Assembly: GCF_001194135.2 (NCBI RefSeq)
Contig: NC_068981.1
Coordinates: 149,615,108 to 149,679,107 of the forward strand
DNA from: Octopus bimaculoides
Lineage: Eukaryota
Direction: 5' to 3'
DNA length: 64,000 bases
Shown here: positions 1 through 12,036 of the stretch, piece after piece
Layout of the letters: the number at the start of each line of letters is the position of its first letter
Numbering within the stretch: the first letter of the stretch is position 1
Notes under the pieces: generated by a model
What the model saw: only the letters and a program-made list of their open reading frames with translations
Database searches by the model: none
What the model was told of the DNA's origin: nothing
Translations under genes and position numbers: made by a program

Positions 1-13
1 ATACAAGGGTACA

Positions 14-515
14 TAATGGACTAGGAAACATCCGGGCTACATATGTTGCATAGCAAGCGGAAGCCCAGAAGTGGTAAAATCCCAACGAGGTGTATACCGC
101 CGGCTACACTTCAGCCCAAGGATTTTGTGATGCGATTAAAGATTGCATGTACCTGCTCGCGACAATGTAACTTTTAATCTATTCAAGATATCAGTACCCT
201 AAAAAGTAGCCGGCGGTTTACATCTCACTTGGATTTTACCACTTCCGAGGTTCCACTCGCTATGAATCATTTGTATCCCCAATCTTTCCTACTCTATTCC
301 GTGATTTTTGTATTCTTATTCGCTTACCCAGCAAACCTGGTCGACTACTGTGGAATGTAAAAGTTTTTTTTTTTCTTCTGGTTATCGTTCTTCGATACGA
401 AAACAAATCCACAACGTTTCGTCTCAATAAACCACTATTCTTCTTGAAAGCTGTATTTTTATATTTACTACGGATTGCTTGAAGCTAACTTTCTTCCTAT
501 ACCTCAATCCTTGAA
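14..515. repeat. Dispersed repeat with an internal ~90-bp inverted repeat (arms ~14-107 and ~207-299); unclassified, possibly a non-autonomous DNA transposon
   Basis: GACTAGGAAACATCCGGGCTACATATG...ACCGCCGGCTAC matches the reverse complement of 207-294 at roughly 75%. A diverged second copy lies at 24405-24840 and shares TACGGATTGCTTGAAGCT.ACTTTCTTCCTATA. Confidence 0.7.
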
Positions 516-520
516 TCTTT

Positions 521-631
521 CACATCACGTTGAATGCACCGGTTATCATCCGAGCACCCGAAGTTAAGAACGTCGAGCCTAGTCAGTACTTAGATGGGTG
601 ACCGCTTGGAAAACCTAGGTGCTATAAGCGT
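521..631 (+). pseudogene. 5S rRNA pseudogene lacking the first ~9 nt
   Basis: CACATCACGTTGAATGCACCGGTTATCATCCGAGCACCCGAAGTTAAGAACGTCGAGCCTAGTCAGTACTTAGATGGGTGACCGCTTGGAAAACCTAGGTGCTATAAGC aligns colinearly with invertebrate 5S rRNA (box A AGTTAAG, box C GATGGGTGACCGC). It has many substitutions and no 5' end. Confidence 0.85.
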
Positions 632-644
632 CTCACACTTTTAA

Positions 645-809
645 GCGCAGGAGTGGTTGTGTGCTAAGAAGATTGCTTTCCAACCACATGTTTCCGGGTT
701 CAGTCCCACTGCGTTACACCTTGGGCAAGTGTCTTCTGCTATACCCTCGGGCCGACCAAAGCCTTGTGAGTGGATTTAGTAGCCGGAAACTGAAAGAAAC
801 CCGTCGTAT

Positions 810-845
<36 letters not shown>

Positions 846-1064
846 GTATATATATACATATATATGTATGTATTTGTGTATCTGTTTTTGTCCCCCGACC
901 ATCGTTTGACAACCGATGTTGGTGTGTTTACGTCCCCGTAACTTAGCGTTTTGGCAAAAGTGACCGATAGAATAAGTACTAATCTTTCAAAAACTTGGGG
1001 GTCGGTTTTTTCAACTAAAGGTGGTGCTCCAGCATGGCCACAGTAAGAATGACTGAAACACGTA
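645..1064 (+). mobile_element. tRNA-derived octopus-type SINE with internal microsatellite, near full length
   Basis: A-box-like GTGGTTGTGTGCTAAG and B-box-like GGGTTCAGTCCC, core CACCTTGGGCAAGTGTCTTCT, internal (CA)/(TA) tract, 3' GGTGCTCCAGCATGGCC. Homologous copies at 23878, 32690, 45213, 47843 and 63330. Confidence 0.85.
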
Positions 1065-2950
1065 ANNNNNNNNNNNNNNNNNNNNNNNNNNNNNNNNNNN
1101 NNNNNNNNNNNNNNNNNNNNNNNNNNNNNNNNNNNNNNNNNNNNNNNNNNNNNNNNNNNNNNNNNNNNNNNNNNNNNNNNNNNNNNNNNNNNNNNNNNNN
1201 NNNNNNNNNNNNNNNNNNNNNNNNNNNNNNNNNNNNNNNNNNNNNNNNNNNNNNNNNNNNNNNNNNNNNNNNNNNNNNNNNNNNNNNNNNNNNNNNNNNN
1301 NNNNNNNNNNNNNNNNNNNNNNNNNNNNNNNNNNNNNNNNNNNNNNNNNNNNNNNNNNNNNNNNNNNNNNNNNNNNNNNNNNNNNNNNNNNNNNNNNNNN
1401 NNNNNNNNNNNNNNNNNNNNNNNNNNNNNNNNNNNNNNNNNNNNNNNNNNNNNNNNNNNNNNNNNNNNNNNNNNNNNNNNNNNNNNNNNNNNNNNNNNNN
1501 NNNNNNNNNNNNNNNNNNNNNNNNNNNNNNNNNNNNNNNNNNNNNNNNNNNNNNNNNNNNNNNNNNNNNNNNNNNNNNNNNNNNNNNNNNNNNNNNNNNN
1601 NNNNNNNNNNNNNNNNNNNNNNNNNNNNNNNNNNNNNNNNNNNNNNNNNNNNNNNNNNNNNNNNNNNNNNNNNNNNNNNNNNNNNNNNNNNNNNNNNNNN
1701 NNNNNNNNNNTATATATATATATATATATATATTACACTCACATACATATCATAATCGTTTCTTAGACAGTGCGATCTCAGGTTTCGTGTAAACAAGTAA
1801 TCTTCAGCAAATCAAAATGTATTTAATAGCATTTTCACATCATCTACATGTGACCAGTCTTTCATTAATCCACATTCTCAAGCTAAAGTTTTGGAAAACA
1901 ACTTTAAGAAATTGATATTGCAAATTTTCTGTGAAATGTATACAAAAATAGGAGTCTTTATTGATGGCGAGAGATTAATTACTTTCTTCTTCGGAAAATC
2001 ACTTTTAAATTTCCATATCATCGAGTGCATGCTCGTTTTGAAATCTATTTTTATGTTTCTTTCTGGGCATGTTTGGAATCTGACTAAAAAGAAAAAAAAG
2101 ATGACGACAAAAAATATCTCATGCATAAAGCATGAGCTAATCATCCAAAAGCATACATGATAAATTGGGGAAATATTTCAGAAATCAGAGTCTGTGGAAG
2201 TTGTAATTATTTCTCATTTCCTCAGTAAAGTATTTATAAGACATGAAAATCACTCTAACTGTTTCCTTTTCCTTTGCATTCAATCATTGCTGAAGAACAT
2301 TAATTATGGATAATGAAGTAAATAAAATGTTTGGCACCTGTTATGACAACAGCCTCTCTAATAATTTATTTGTTAGTTAAATTATACCTAAAACATACCT
2401 GCTCAGCTCCGTCGGTTTTATGAAACTATAAATAAAGCGTTTGATTACCAACATGTCTTAGTGTTTTAGGGGGTTTCGGGCTCTAATAAGGAAAATTACG
2501 CCTGAGAAATTTCCATTCATAAGGTTATTGTTTATTTCGGATGCTATATTGGTCTTCTTTACAGAGAATACTCTTTTATGAATATTAGAAGGTGATTGTC
2601 AATTTAGTATAGCTTCTTTAACTAATGTTGATGATAGCTCAAAAACACACAACTATTATTTTTTTTACCTTATTATTCGTTACTTATACTGTACTATATT
2701 ATTTCCGTTTGATCAGAGGAATTACATATTATCCATAGAGGATTACGTAACTGGTTGAATCGATTTAATATATGACTGTTTGTGAATGTATAAACAGCTA
2801 GTGGATCGATTCTAAAGGTTGACAATAAAAACACAGGAAATAAGAATTTCATGTATTATTATTTTTCCATTTTCATTCTACGGTGGCATTCTTATAAAAA
2901 TTCTGTATTATTATTAGTCTCGTCCAGATTTCCGTCGCCAGTTTGAGCAG

Positions 2951-3075
2951 AAACACACACGCACACATACACACACACACACACACACGCACACACACGC
3001 ACGCACGCATACGCACGCACGCATACGCACACGCATACGCACACACGTACGCACGCACACGCACTCTCACACACA

Positions 3076-3115
<40 letters not shown>

Positions 3116-3122
3116 GGCACGC
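2951..3122. repeat. (CA)n/(CACG)n compound microsatellite
   Basis: Directly visible. Confidence 0.9.
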
Positions 3123-5517
3123 ATAAGCTTTCGATAATTATTTTAATATAATAAGAATTGACGGTCAACTATTATGTTTATGCTTACATGTTTACTGGTC
3201 CAGAAAACTAGTAGATCCCCCATTCGTTTATCGTAATTTTGAAAAATGAAAGAAGTATAAAATAATCCGCATTATTTATGGGATGACCCAATAAATTTCT
3301 GACTATATATACAAGTATACAATATATATTCCCTTATTCAACATAATACGTTAGAAATTTAGTTTGGGTGTTATTAATAGGAAGTAGTACTTTGACTCGG
3401 TATTCTGTAGATGAATGAAGTTGTCTTATAAAACATGTCTGGGATAGATTTTTAAACCAGATCCTACGAAGTACAAGTTTCCTTTTGTAAGGTCGAGTAT
3501 TTACGATAAATTGATTAATGAAGAAATAGACTGCCAAAGAAATCACTCGAATATTCATATATCTTCTACCGTTATTTTCGTCAGGTACTTATCTTAAAAG
3601 TTAAAAGATATGATACAGAAGCGGAGCATAATCGTTAATACCTATCCCTGCTTCTCTTTATACAGACACACAAAACTCACATACAGATAAGACAGAAATA
3701 TGAAAAGCGAATAAAAAACAGAGAGAAAGANNNNNNNNNNNNNNNNNNNNNNNNNNNNNNNNNNNNNNNNNNNNNNNNNNNNNNNNNNNNNNNNNNNNNN
3801 NNNNNNNNNNNNNNNNNNNNNNNNNNNNNNNNNNNNNNNNNNNNNNNNNNNNNNNNNNNNNNNNNNNNNNNNNNNNNNNNNNNNNNNNNNNAATAGAAAA
3901 CAAGAAAGAAAAATAAAACAGAAAATAGGAGAAATAATTTTATTGAAATAGCTATATGATATATCTGCAAGATTTATTGATTTTAATGCTAACTTGGCCT
4001 TTCACTTAAAGAAGGAAAAAGAATTAAACTGAAATGTAACAATATAAGGAATTCAGCTTTAAAAGAAAACTTTAAATGAAATAGAGAGGAATATAACCGC
4101 AGCAGCAGCAACAGAATAACAACTGCATGAATTATTTAAAAAAGCAGTTAATGAAAATACAAGATATACTCGACAGTATCTTACAGAAAAAAATAGATTT
4201 TGTAAGTTCGCAGCTTCTAAACCAGATGACGGATTTTTAAGTGAAACACGCAGTCATTTGGAGAGCTATTTAATAGTTTTGTATGTGTATACACTCATAG
4301 CATTGTCATTTCAATGCGTCCATATGCATGCATGGATGTGTGTATGTATGTATATACGTACGTATGCATGTATGTATACATACATACATATGTGTATGTA
4401 TTTATGTATGCTTGTATGCATGCATGTATGCATATGTTTATATGAGTATAATCATAGGTGCATATATACGGACATAAACATGTACGTATATATACATTTA
4501 TGCAAATTTACATACATACATACATATATCCATACATACACGCATATATATATATATATATATATANNNNNNNNNNNNNNNNNNNNNNNNNNNNNNNNNN
4601 NNNNNNNNNNNNNNNNNNNNNNNNNNNNNNNNNNNNNNNNNNNNNNNNNNNNNNNNNNNNNNNNNNNNNNNNNNNNNNNNNNNNNNNNNNNNNNNNNNNN
4701 NNNNNNNNNNNNNNNNNNNNNNNNNNNNNNNNNNNNNNNNNNNNNNNNNNNNNNNNNNNNNNNNNNNNNNNNNNNNNNNNNNNNNNNNNNNNNNNNNNNN
4801 NNNNNNNNNNNNNNNNNNNNNNNNNNNNNNNNNNNNNNNNNNNNNNNNNNNNNNNNNNNNNNNNNNNNNNNNNNNNNNNNNNNNNNNNNNNNNNNNNNNN
4901 NNNNNNNNNNNNNNNNNNNNNNNNNNNNNNNNNNNNNNNNNNNNNNNNNNNNNNNNNNNNNNNNNNNNNNNNNNNNNNNNNNNNNNNNNNNNNNNNNNNN
5001 NNNNNNNNNNNNNNNNNNNNNNNNNNNNNNNNNNNNNNNNNNNNNNNNNNNNNNNNNNNNNNNNNNNNNNNNNNNNNNNNNNNNNNNNNNNNNNNNNNNN
5101 NNNNNNNNNNNNNNNNNNNNNNNNNNNNNNNNNNNNNNNNNNNNNNNNNNNNNNNNNNNNNNNNNNNNNNNNNNNNNNNNNNNNNNNNNNNNNNNNNNNN
5201 NNNNNNNNNNNNNNNNNNNNNNNNNNNNNNNNNNNNNNNNNNNNNNNNNNNNNNNNNNNNNNNNNNNNNNNNNNNNNNNNNNNNNNNNNNNNNNNNNNNN
5301 NNNNNNNNNNNNNNNNNNNNNNNNNNNNNNNNNNNNNNNNNNNNNNNNNNNNNNNNNNNNNNNNNNNNNNNNNNNNNNNNNNNNNNNNNNNNNNNNNNNN
5401 NNNNNNNNNNNNNNNNNNNNNNNNNNNNNNNNNNNNNNNNNNNNNNNNNNNNNNNNNNNNNNNNNNNNNNNNNNNNNNNNNNNNNNNNNNNNNNNNNNNN
5501 NNNNNNNNNNNNATATA

Positions 5518-6610
5518 TATTAGGCTGTATTACTCCATCTTTAAAAAAACATTCATCTTTCACTGTGATAAACTGTCCGAAAGCTTCAATTACCTCTTCT
5601 CTATTTAAGAAGGTTTTATTGCTTATAAAAAGCTCAAAATGCTTAAATAAGTGATGATCAGTAGGAGAGATATCAGGGGGAATAGGGAGGGTGTTGCAAA
5701 ATCTCATAATTTAGGATTTGCAACTTTTGGACTGTAGCTTGATGAGTGTGAGGATGTGCATTGTCATGGAACAAAATCAGGCCATCTCTGTTTACTTGAC
5801 TGGGTTGCTTCTTTTGCAAATTCTCATGCATACAATCAATTTCCTGGCAATACGATTTTGCTGTTACCGTTTTTCCTTGTTGTAAAAATGAATAATGAAT
5901 AACTCCCTTCGCAGACCACCATAGAGTGACCACTAACGTTTTAGGATGCAATGGTGGGTTTGGGTAGTGTTTAGGTGACTCTCCTGCATCTAATCACTGT
6001 CCTGTTCTCCTGCTGTTGTCAAAGACTATCCATTTCTCATCACATGTAATGATTTGATGCAAAAATAGTTCTTTTCCAGTCGAATAAGCAATAAAGAACA
6101 CATTTCAAGGAGTCTGTTTTTCTTTTTTAATTTCGTTCAGTTGATGTGGAACAAACCTATCCGTTTTCTTGACTTTTCCAATATTTTACAGGTGTCCAAA
6201 GACAGTTGTGTAAGATGTTTGGAGTATGAGATGTAAGTTTTCGAACCTTTGTTCTCGGATTTTGTTCAACAAAAGCATTTAATCCATCATGCCAAATAAC
6301 TGATTTCGACCTGCCCCTTGGTTTACTTTAAAGGTTATCATCTCCTGAACGAGAGCTTTAGAACCATCTCTGAAAGTTCTGTAGAGCTTCTGCGCCAAAA
6401 TGACCCAGTTTGTACCCATACTAAAAAATCAGTCAACATAGTTTGGTTGTTATCATTTTCATAAGGTATGTGGGTACGAATTTTGTATACCAATATTATT
6501 GGGAAAGAAAAAGAGTTAAGATTAAATGCAAGGGATACAAAACTGAGATTTGGAATGACTGAAATAACAAGTAATTAAAAATGCGACATTTCATTTGAAA
6601 CAACCTAATA
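5518..6610 (-). mobile_element. Decayed mariner (D,D34D) transposon
   Basis: Minus-strand fragments HPKTLVVTLWWSAKGVIHYSFL...FHDNAHPH...HPPYSP and DISPTDHHLFKHFELF. 5' TIR TATTAGGTTGTTTCAAATG ends at 6610. Only the terminal ~11 bp of the 3' TIR (TATTAGGCTGT) remain, joined to a truncated C-terminus. Confidence 0.88.
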
Positions 6611-6665
6611 TATATATATATACATATACAAAGCACACAAATATGCATGCACACAGACAGACATA

Positions 6666-7518
6666 CAGGGTGCGGTGACTAAATTGTCGTCTAAATTACG
6701 CAAAAATGAAAATAACGCATTTTAACAGATATATTTATCAAAATTAAATAAAACTATCTTGAAATACTAAAGAGTAAATCTATTCAATAAAATCGCCATT
6801 GGTTTCAACCATGGCCTCCAGACAACTTCGGAATCTCCTGCAACTCTTGTGAATGTCTCCTTGTTTAAATAGGCGAATGCTGCCATAATCCTTGCCTACA
6901 GTTCATTTTTGGTGTTACAAGGAGTTTTGTTAATCTCTCGCTCGACTGCACCCAACACATAATAAAAAAGGGGTTTGCAGTCTGGGGCGTTACGTAGCTA
7001 TATGTCAGGGATGATGTGGTCGAAGAAATTGTTTGACAACCACGACTGGGTTATCCTGCTTGTGTGGTATGGTGCAGATTTTTGTTGTCAGACATAAGTT
7101 CTTCCAGTAGCCACCTCTTAAACCAGGGCAGTACTACCTCCTCCAGCTACATGATGTAGACCACCGTGTTGAGTATGAGGCAGTATGGGATGATGGATGG
7201 AGGCAAAACACCGCCATCACTAGTGATCACTCTAAACATGATGATGTTGACTAGTTGTTTGATTTTTATCACTCTCGGTATATGTCCTCAGATTACACGG
7301 TCCTCAGATTGACTCCCAAACACTGAAATGTTCGCAATGGGGCTTCCAGCGCAAAATGACAATCAGTACAGAATAAATTGCGTCATGGTGCTGTTCTTCT
7401 CATAGACGGTGTCGAACACACTCTACTATACCGTGTAGACGACAAAATAAAAAAACGAACAATGCGCATGCGGGAAGTTAAAAATATACTGTGGCGGCAG
7501 TTTACCTATTACACCGTG
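6666..7518 (-). mobile_element. Tc1/mariner-superfamily remnant of the maT (DD37D) type, internally deleted
   Basis: Degenerate TIRs CAGGGTGCGGTGACTAAATTGTCGTC and CACGGTGTAATAGGTAAACTGCCGCC with TA flanks. Minus-strand translation YV*QQKSAPYHTSRITQSWLSNNFFDHIIPDI*LRNAPDCKPLFYYVLGAVEREINKTPCNTKNEL fits QQDSAPxH...WPPNSPDCNPLDY with 37-residue spacing. The catalytic Asp codons themselves are mutated. Confidence 0.78.
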
Positions 7519-7789
7519 TATATATGTATCTATGCGAATATATATAAGTGAATATATATATATATACATATATATAATTCAGGTTGTGGAGATAAGAATA
7601 TATATCCAGACGATATACATACATATATATATATATACTGAGTTAAACGGTGTGTGTGGCACCTCATGTAGTGCTATGTGTAGTGACGCTATTGAAGATT
7701 GTGTGTGGGTATGTGGATGATGTGTGGTGTGGGTGCTGAGAAGTGATCAGCGCTAGTGTGTGTGGACTGGTGTGCGGTTGGTATCAAAT

Positions 7790-9140
7790 GAAGTAAGGAA
7801 GTGAAATTGGTGTCAGATGAAGGGAATAACCGGTAGAGCGGAAATGGCGCGAGACCGGGGTGTCATTGCCAAGTCTGATGTCTCGAAGGTGCTCCTCAAA
7901 CCACTTAGCCAAGCGGCGTTCCGTCTGACCGATGTACAGGGAAGGACAGAGAGAGCAGTAGATGCAGTAAATGACGTTACTAGAAGTGCAGGTAAAGGTG
8001 ATGTGATATGGACGATGATGGGTGACTGTGAAGATGGTAGTATCAGCATGGGCGGGAGCAGGGGAACGAGCGAGGCTGGGAGGTGGGGTTAGGGAAGAAA
8101 CTGTGGACCGGTAAGTCCCGCAGGTTATGGGCTTTGGCTCGTTTGAAGGAGGGAAGGGTTAGGTTGGGGAAGATGTGCAATGTGGAACAGTGAGACTGGA
8201 ATCGCCGGAAGGCTCGGAGAACGATGCGTCGGAGGGGCAGGGTAGAGGAGTGGTAGGTGAGGGGAAATGGGACACTGGAAATGGCGGGGTGGGTACGAGG
8301 TGAAACAGCATAGGCACGGTCCACGGATCGTGCCCCGGCAAGAGCAGTGTGGATAGTAGTGAGGGGATATCCACGTAGGATGAAGTGGCGAGCCATGAGT
8401 TGTGACGGGGTCTCAAAGTCATGGTTATCACTGCAGAGCCACCGCGGACGGAGGAATTGTGATTAAGGGATGGAGAGCTTGGTGTGGGTTGGGTGGGAGG
8501 AGGAGAAATCAAGGTAGGAGTGTGAGTCGATGTGTTTGCAGTGGATGGCTGTAGTGAGAACGGAGATATATATTGTGGCAAAAATGTCGAGAAATTCGAC
8601 GGAAGAGTTAGAGATAGTGTAGAAAAATTGGAGAGTAGTAGGGAAGGACTGGACAAAAGAGCGGAAGGAGTCTAGTTGTTCGCGGGAGTGGAAGGTCGTG
8701 CCCGATACAGTCATCGGTACAACGACCGTATAGTTCTGGAGTGGGACCAGTGAATTTTGAGAATATTTGGGCCTCAACGTAGTCAACGAACAGGTTCGTA
8801 TAGTTGGAGCCCATTCTCATTCCCATGACCAACTCCGAGATTATTGGTAATATTCCCTCGCGAACGAAAAGCAGTTGAGGAAGAGAAGACATTCGACCAG
8901 ACGAAGAAGTGTAGAGTGTCAGGTTGAGGGTCAGGTCAAAGGTCTAGAAAGTTTTTGAGCGCAAGAAGTCCTTCGCTGTGTATGATCATCGTATGTAAAC
9001 TTTTGATGTCAAGAGTGAACAAACATTTAGAGTGGCTAGAAGAGAAGGAGAAAGAGTTAAAGAGACGGAGAGCATGGTTAGTGTCATGTATGTGGGAGGA
9101 GAAGGAAGCCATTTGGGGAGCAAGGACGCGGTCGAGTGTA
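7790..9140 (-). mobile_element. Decayed Penelope-like element (RT plus GIY-YIG endonuclease fragments)
   Basis: Frameshifted fragments MGMRMGSNYTNLFVDYVEAQIF...PELYGRCTDDCIG (RT motifs B'/C), SSVEFLDI...DSHSYLDFSSSHPTHTKLSIP (thumb), and a YCIYC..CPSLYIGQT-type GIY-YIG near 7900-8000. Same family as 41637-43470. Confidence 0.88.
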
Positions 9141-9217
9141 TCTATACACATACATATAGATGTAGAGTTACGCATTCATCATGCATACATACATTCATAC
9201 ATACATACATACATACA

Positions 9218-9263
<46 letters not shown>

Positions 9264-10488
9264 NNNNNNNNNNNNNNNNNNNNNNNNNNNNNNNNNNNNN
9301 NNNNNNNNNNNNNNNNNNNNNNNNNNNNNNNNNNNNNNNNNNNNNNNNNNNNNNNNNNNNNNNNNNNNNNNNNNNNNNNNNATACACATGTAATATTTAT
9401 CGAAAACATTGTGTACATATGTAACTTCTCGAAATTTTTCATTATCGATCTTCAGCCAACTGGTAGTACCTTTGAATCTTACATGCACAACAAAGATATG
9501 TGCACAGACCACACTGAAAGGAATGGGACAGAAAAATAAAGACTCCATTTCAAGACGTATATCAATGTGTAAATATTAACAAATATTTTTATGGAAAATA
9601 TTCCACACATATATTTTTCTATATAAATTTATAAAAATGCGCAAATATGTGAAAAATACTGAATAACATAAGGAAATATTTTTTAGGGAAAATCGTAGCT
9701 ATATGATAATTTTTGTCAATATGAAAAATTATGTTAGGAATAAAGGGTAAAGTAGTTCAGAAGCTGGGTGTGGTTAATGATTGAAGGTATAAAGATATTA
9801 GTATTGTGTATATACCATATATTATTGTTATTTACGTATTTCAGGAAAATGCTTAATGCTTCTTGGAGTGTGAGGCTTGCGCTTCTTGGATATCAAGTGA
9901 GGAATAGGAAATGTGTGTTAATGGTATTCTTCTTAATTTTTAGGTTGGTAAGATTGAGTTCGTCACGTATGTTACCTTTTAGCATATACGAATTCGAATA
10001 GAGATAAAACAGACACAAAACAGAAAATTAAAAAAATCGATAAGCGAACGCATACACATATACCTGGTTATATGTAGTTACTTGCACTTGCACACAAGTC
10101 AGTACAGACACACAGAAGAATATCACATATCATATGAAATGACTACTTCCATTTCTTAACATATGAAGGCAAACAACAATTTGTCAATACCATATGCATA
10201 TTCTTTTGCAACTTCTCACACTCACAATAGACATGCATAAATAAAGCAAACGGAAAAAATGTCACAAAAAAAAAAAGCAGAAACAGCACAGAGAAAGTCA
10301 CAATCTCGGTTAGGAAAAAGGTAAGAGGGAAAATAACGTTTTCTTTAATTATCATGAATAATAGTAATTATAAAATGGAATTAAACAATATTTTGAAGGC
10401 GTTTTTTATTTACAATATATGAACTGCACACAATGATATATATTATATTATATATATATATATATTATGTTATATATATATTATGTAT

Positions 10489-10521
<33 letters not shown>

Positions 10522-11697
10522 TATATNNNNNNNNNNNNNNNNNNNNNNNNNNNNNNNNNNNNNNNNNNNNNNNNNNNNNNNNNNNNNNNNNNNNNNNNNN
10601 NNNNNNNNNNNNNNNNNNNNNNNNNNNNNNNNNNNNNNNNNNNNNNNNNNNNNNNNNNNNNNNNNNNNNNNNNNNNNNNNNNNNNNNNNNNNNNNNNNNN
10701 NNNNNNNNNNNNNNNNNNNNNNNNNNNNNNNNNNNNNNNNNNNNNNNNNNNNNNNNNNNNNNNNNNNNNNNNNNNNNNNNNNNNNNNNNNNNNNNNNNNN
10801 NNNTATGTATGTATATCATATATTTATATATATTTATATATATGAGATTTCAGTGATTACAAAAGTTATACAAATAAAGAGACGATCCGAAGTATACATT
10901 TAATATAGAATAAAGTATTGTGTAAAGAAACCCACTATAAAAACCCGTTTCTTCTATAATGCAATAAAAAGGATAAAATAAATTCAAAACAACTGAAGTC
11001 CACCAACGCACACCTGCGTTCGCAGCAACAGAAGAAATTAAAATAAAGAAATTATGCTAACAACGACAACAAGCGAAGTAAATATATAAACACGAAAGTT
11101 AAAAGTACACATAATTGCTATAGAGATGTAGCAATCGTAAAATCAGAGTTTAAAAAACAAAATTCCAAGCATCTGAAAACATGGCTACAGATCGATTGGG
11201 GTAAAAAAAATATTTTTGGAAACACATAACATATTTCTAAAATATGTGTTTGAGAAAAGACATAAGTTGGAAGAGAAACAGAAGTGAAATATAGAGTAAC
11301 AAGAAAAGTTGAGGATGCTTATAGGCTTTCTTAATTATGACTACCTGAAAATATCTATCTATCTATCCATCTATCTCTCTATATAGACAAATATAATTGT
11401 ATGTATGTATATACAAACAAATGACAGGAAAATGATGAGCTAACCCCAGCCAGAATCGAACCTACAAACCAACGCTAGCAGGGCACCTTTCTCATGCATT
11501 TATATATGCGTATTATACTGACTCTTCCATAGTAGCTTTCTCTCCGAAACTTACAAAGCTTTTACTTCTGTTTACAAATATTATATTTAGTATTAGACAC
11601 TTTAAGCATATATTAACAAAATTTGGTTGAAATTGCTGGGTGAGCGTTTGGCCCAACCATGTTAGCGTTGATTTGTGGGTTCGATTCTTGGTGGGGT

Positions 11698-11736
<39 letters not shown>

Positions 11737-12036
11737 GTATGTATGTATGTCGTATGCATGCATGTATGTGTATATTATATGTTGTATATNNNNNNNNNNN
11801 NNNNNNNNNNNNNNNNNNNNNNNNNNNNNNNNNNNNNNNNNNNNNNNNNNNNNNNNNNNNNNNNNNNNNNNNNNNNNNNNNNNNNNNNNNNNNNNNNNNN
11901 NNNNNNNNNNNNNNNNNNNNNNNNNNNNNNNNNNNNNNNNNNNNNNNNNNNNNNNNNNNNNNNNNNNNNNNNNNNNNNNNNNNNNNNNNNNNNNNNNNNN
12001 NNNNNNNNNNNNNNNNNNNNNNNNNNNNNNNNNNNN

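Noticed and set aside
1801-2160. ~120-codon stop-free + frame (..ENNFKKLILQIFCEMYTKIG..)
   Set aside because: No recognisable domain, no convincing donor site, and a length expected about once by chance in this much AT-rich DNA.
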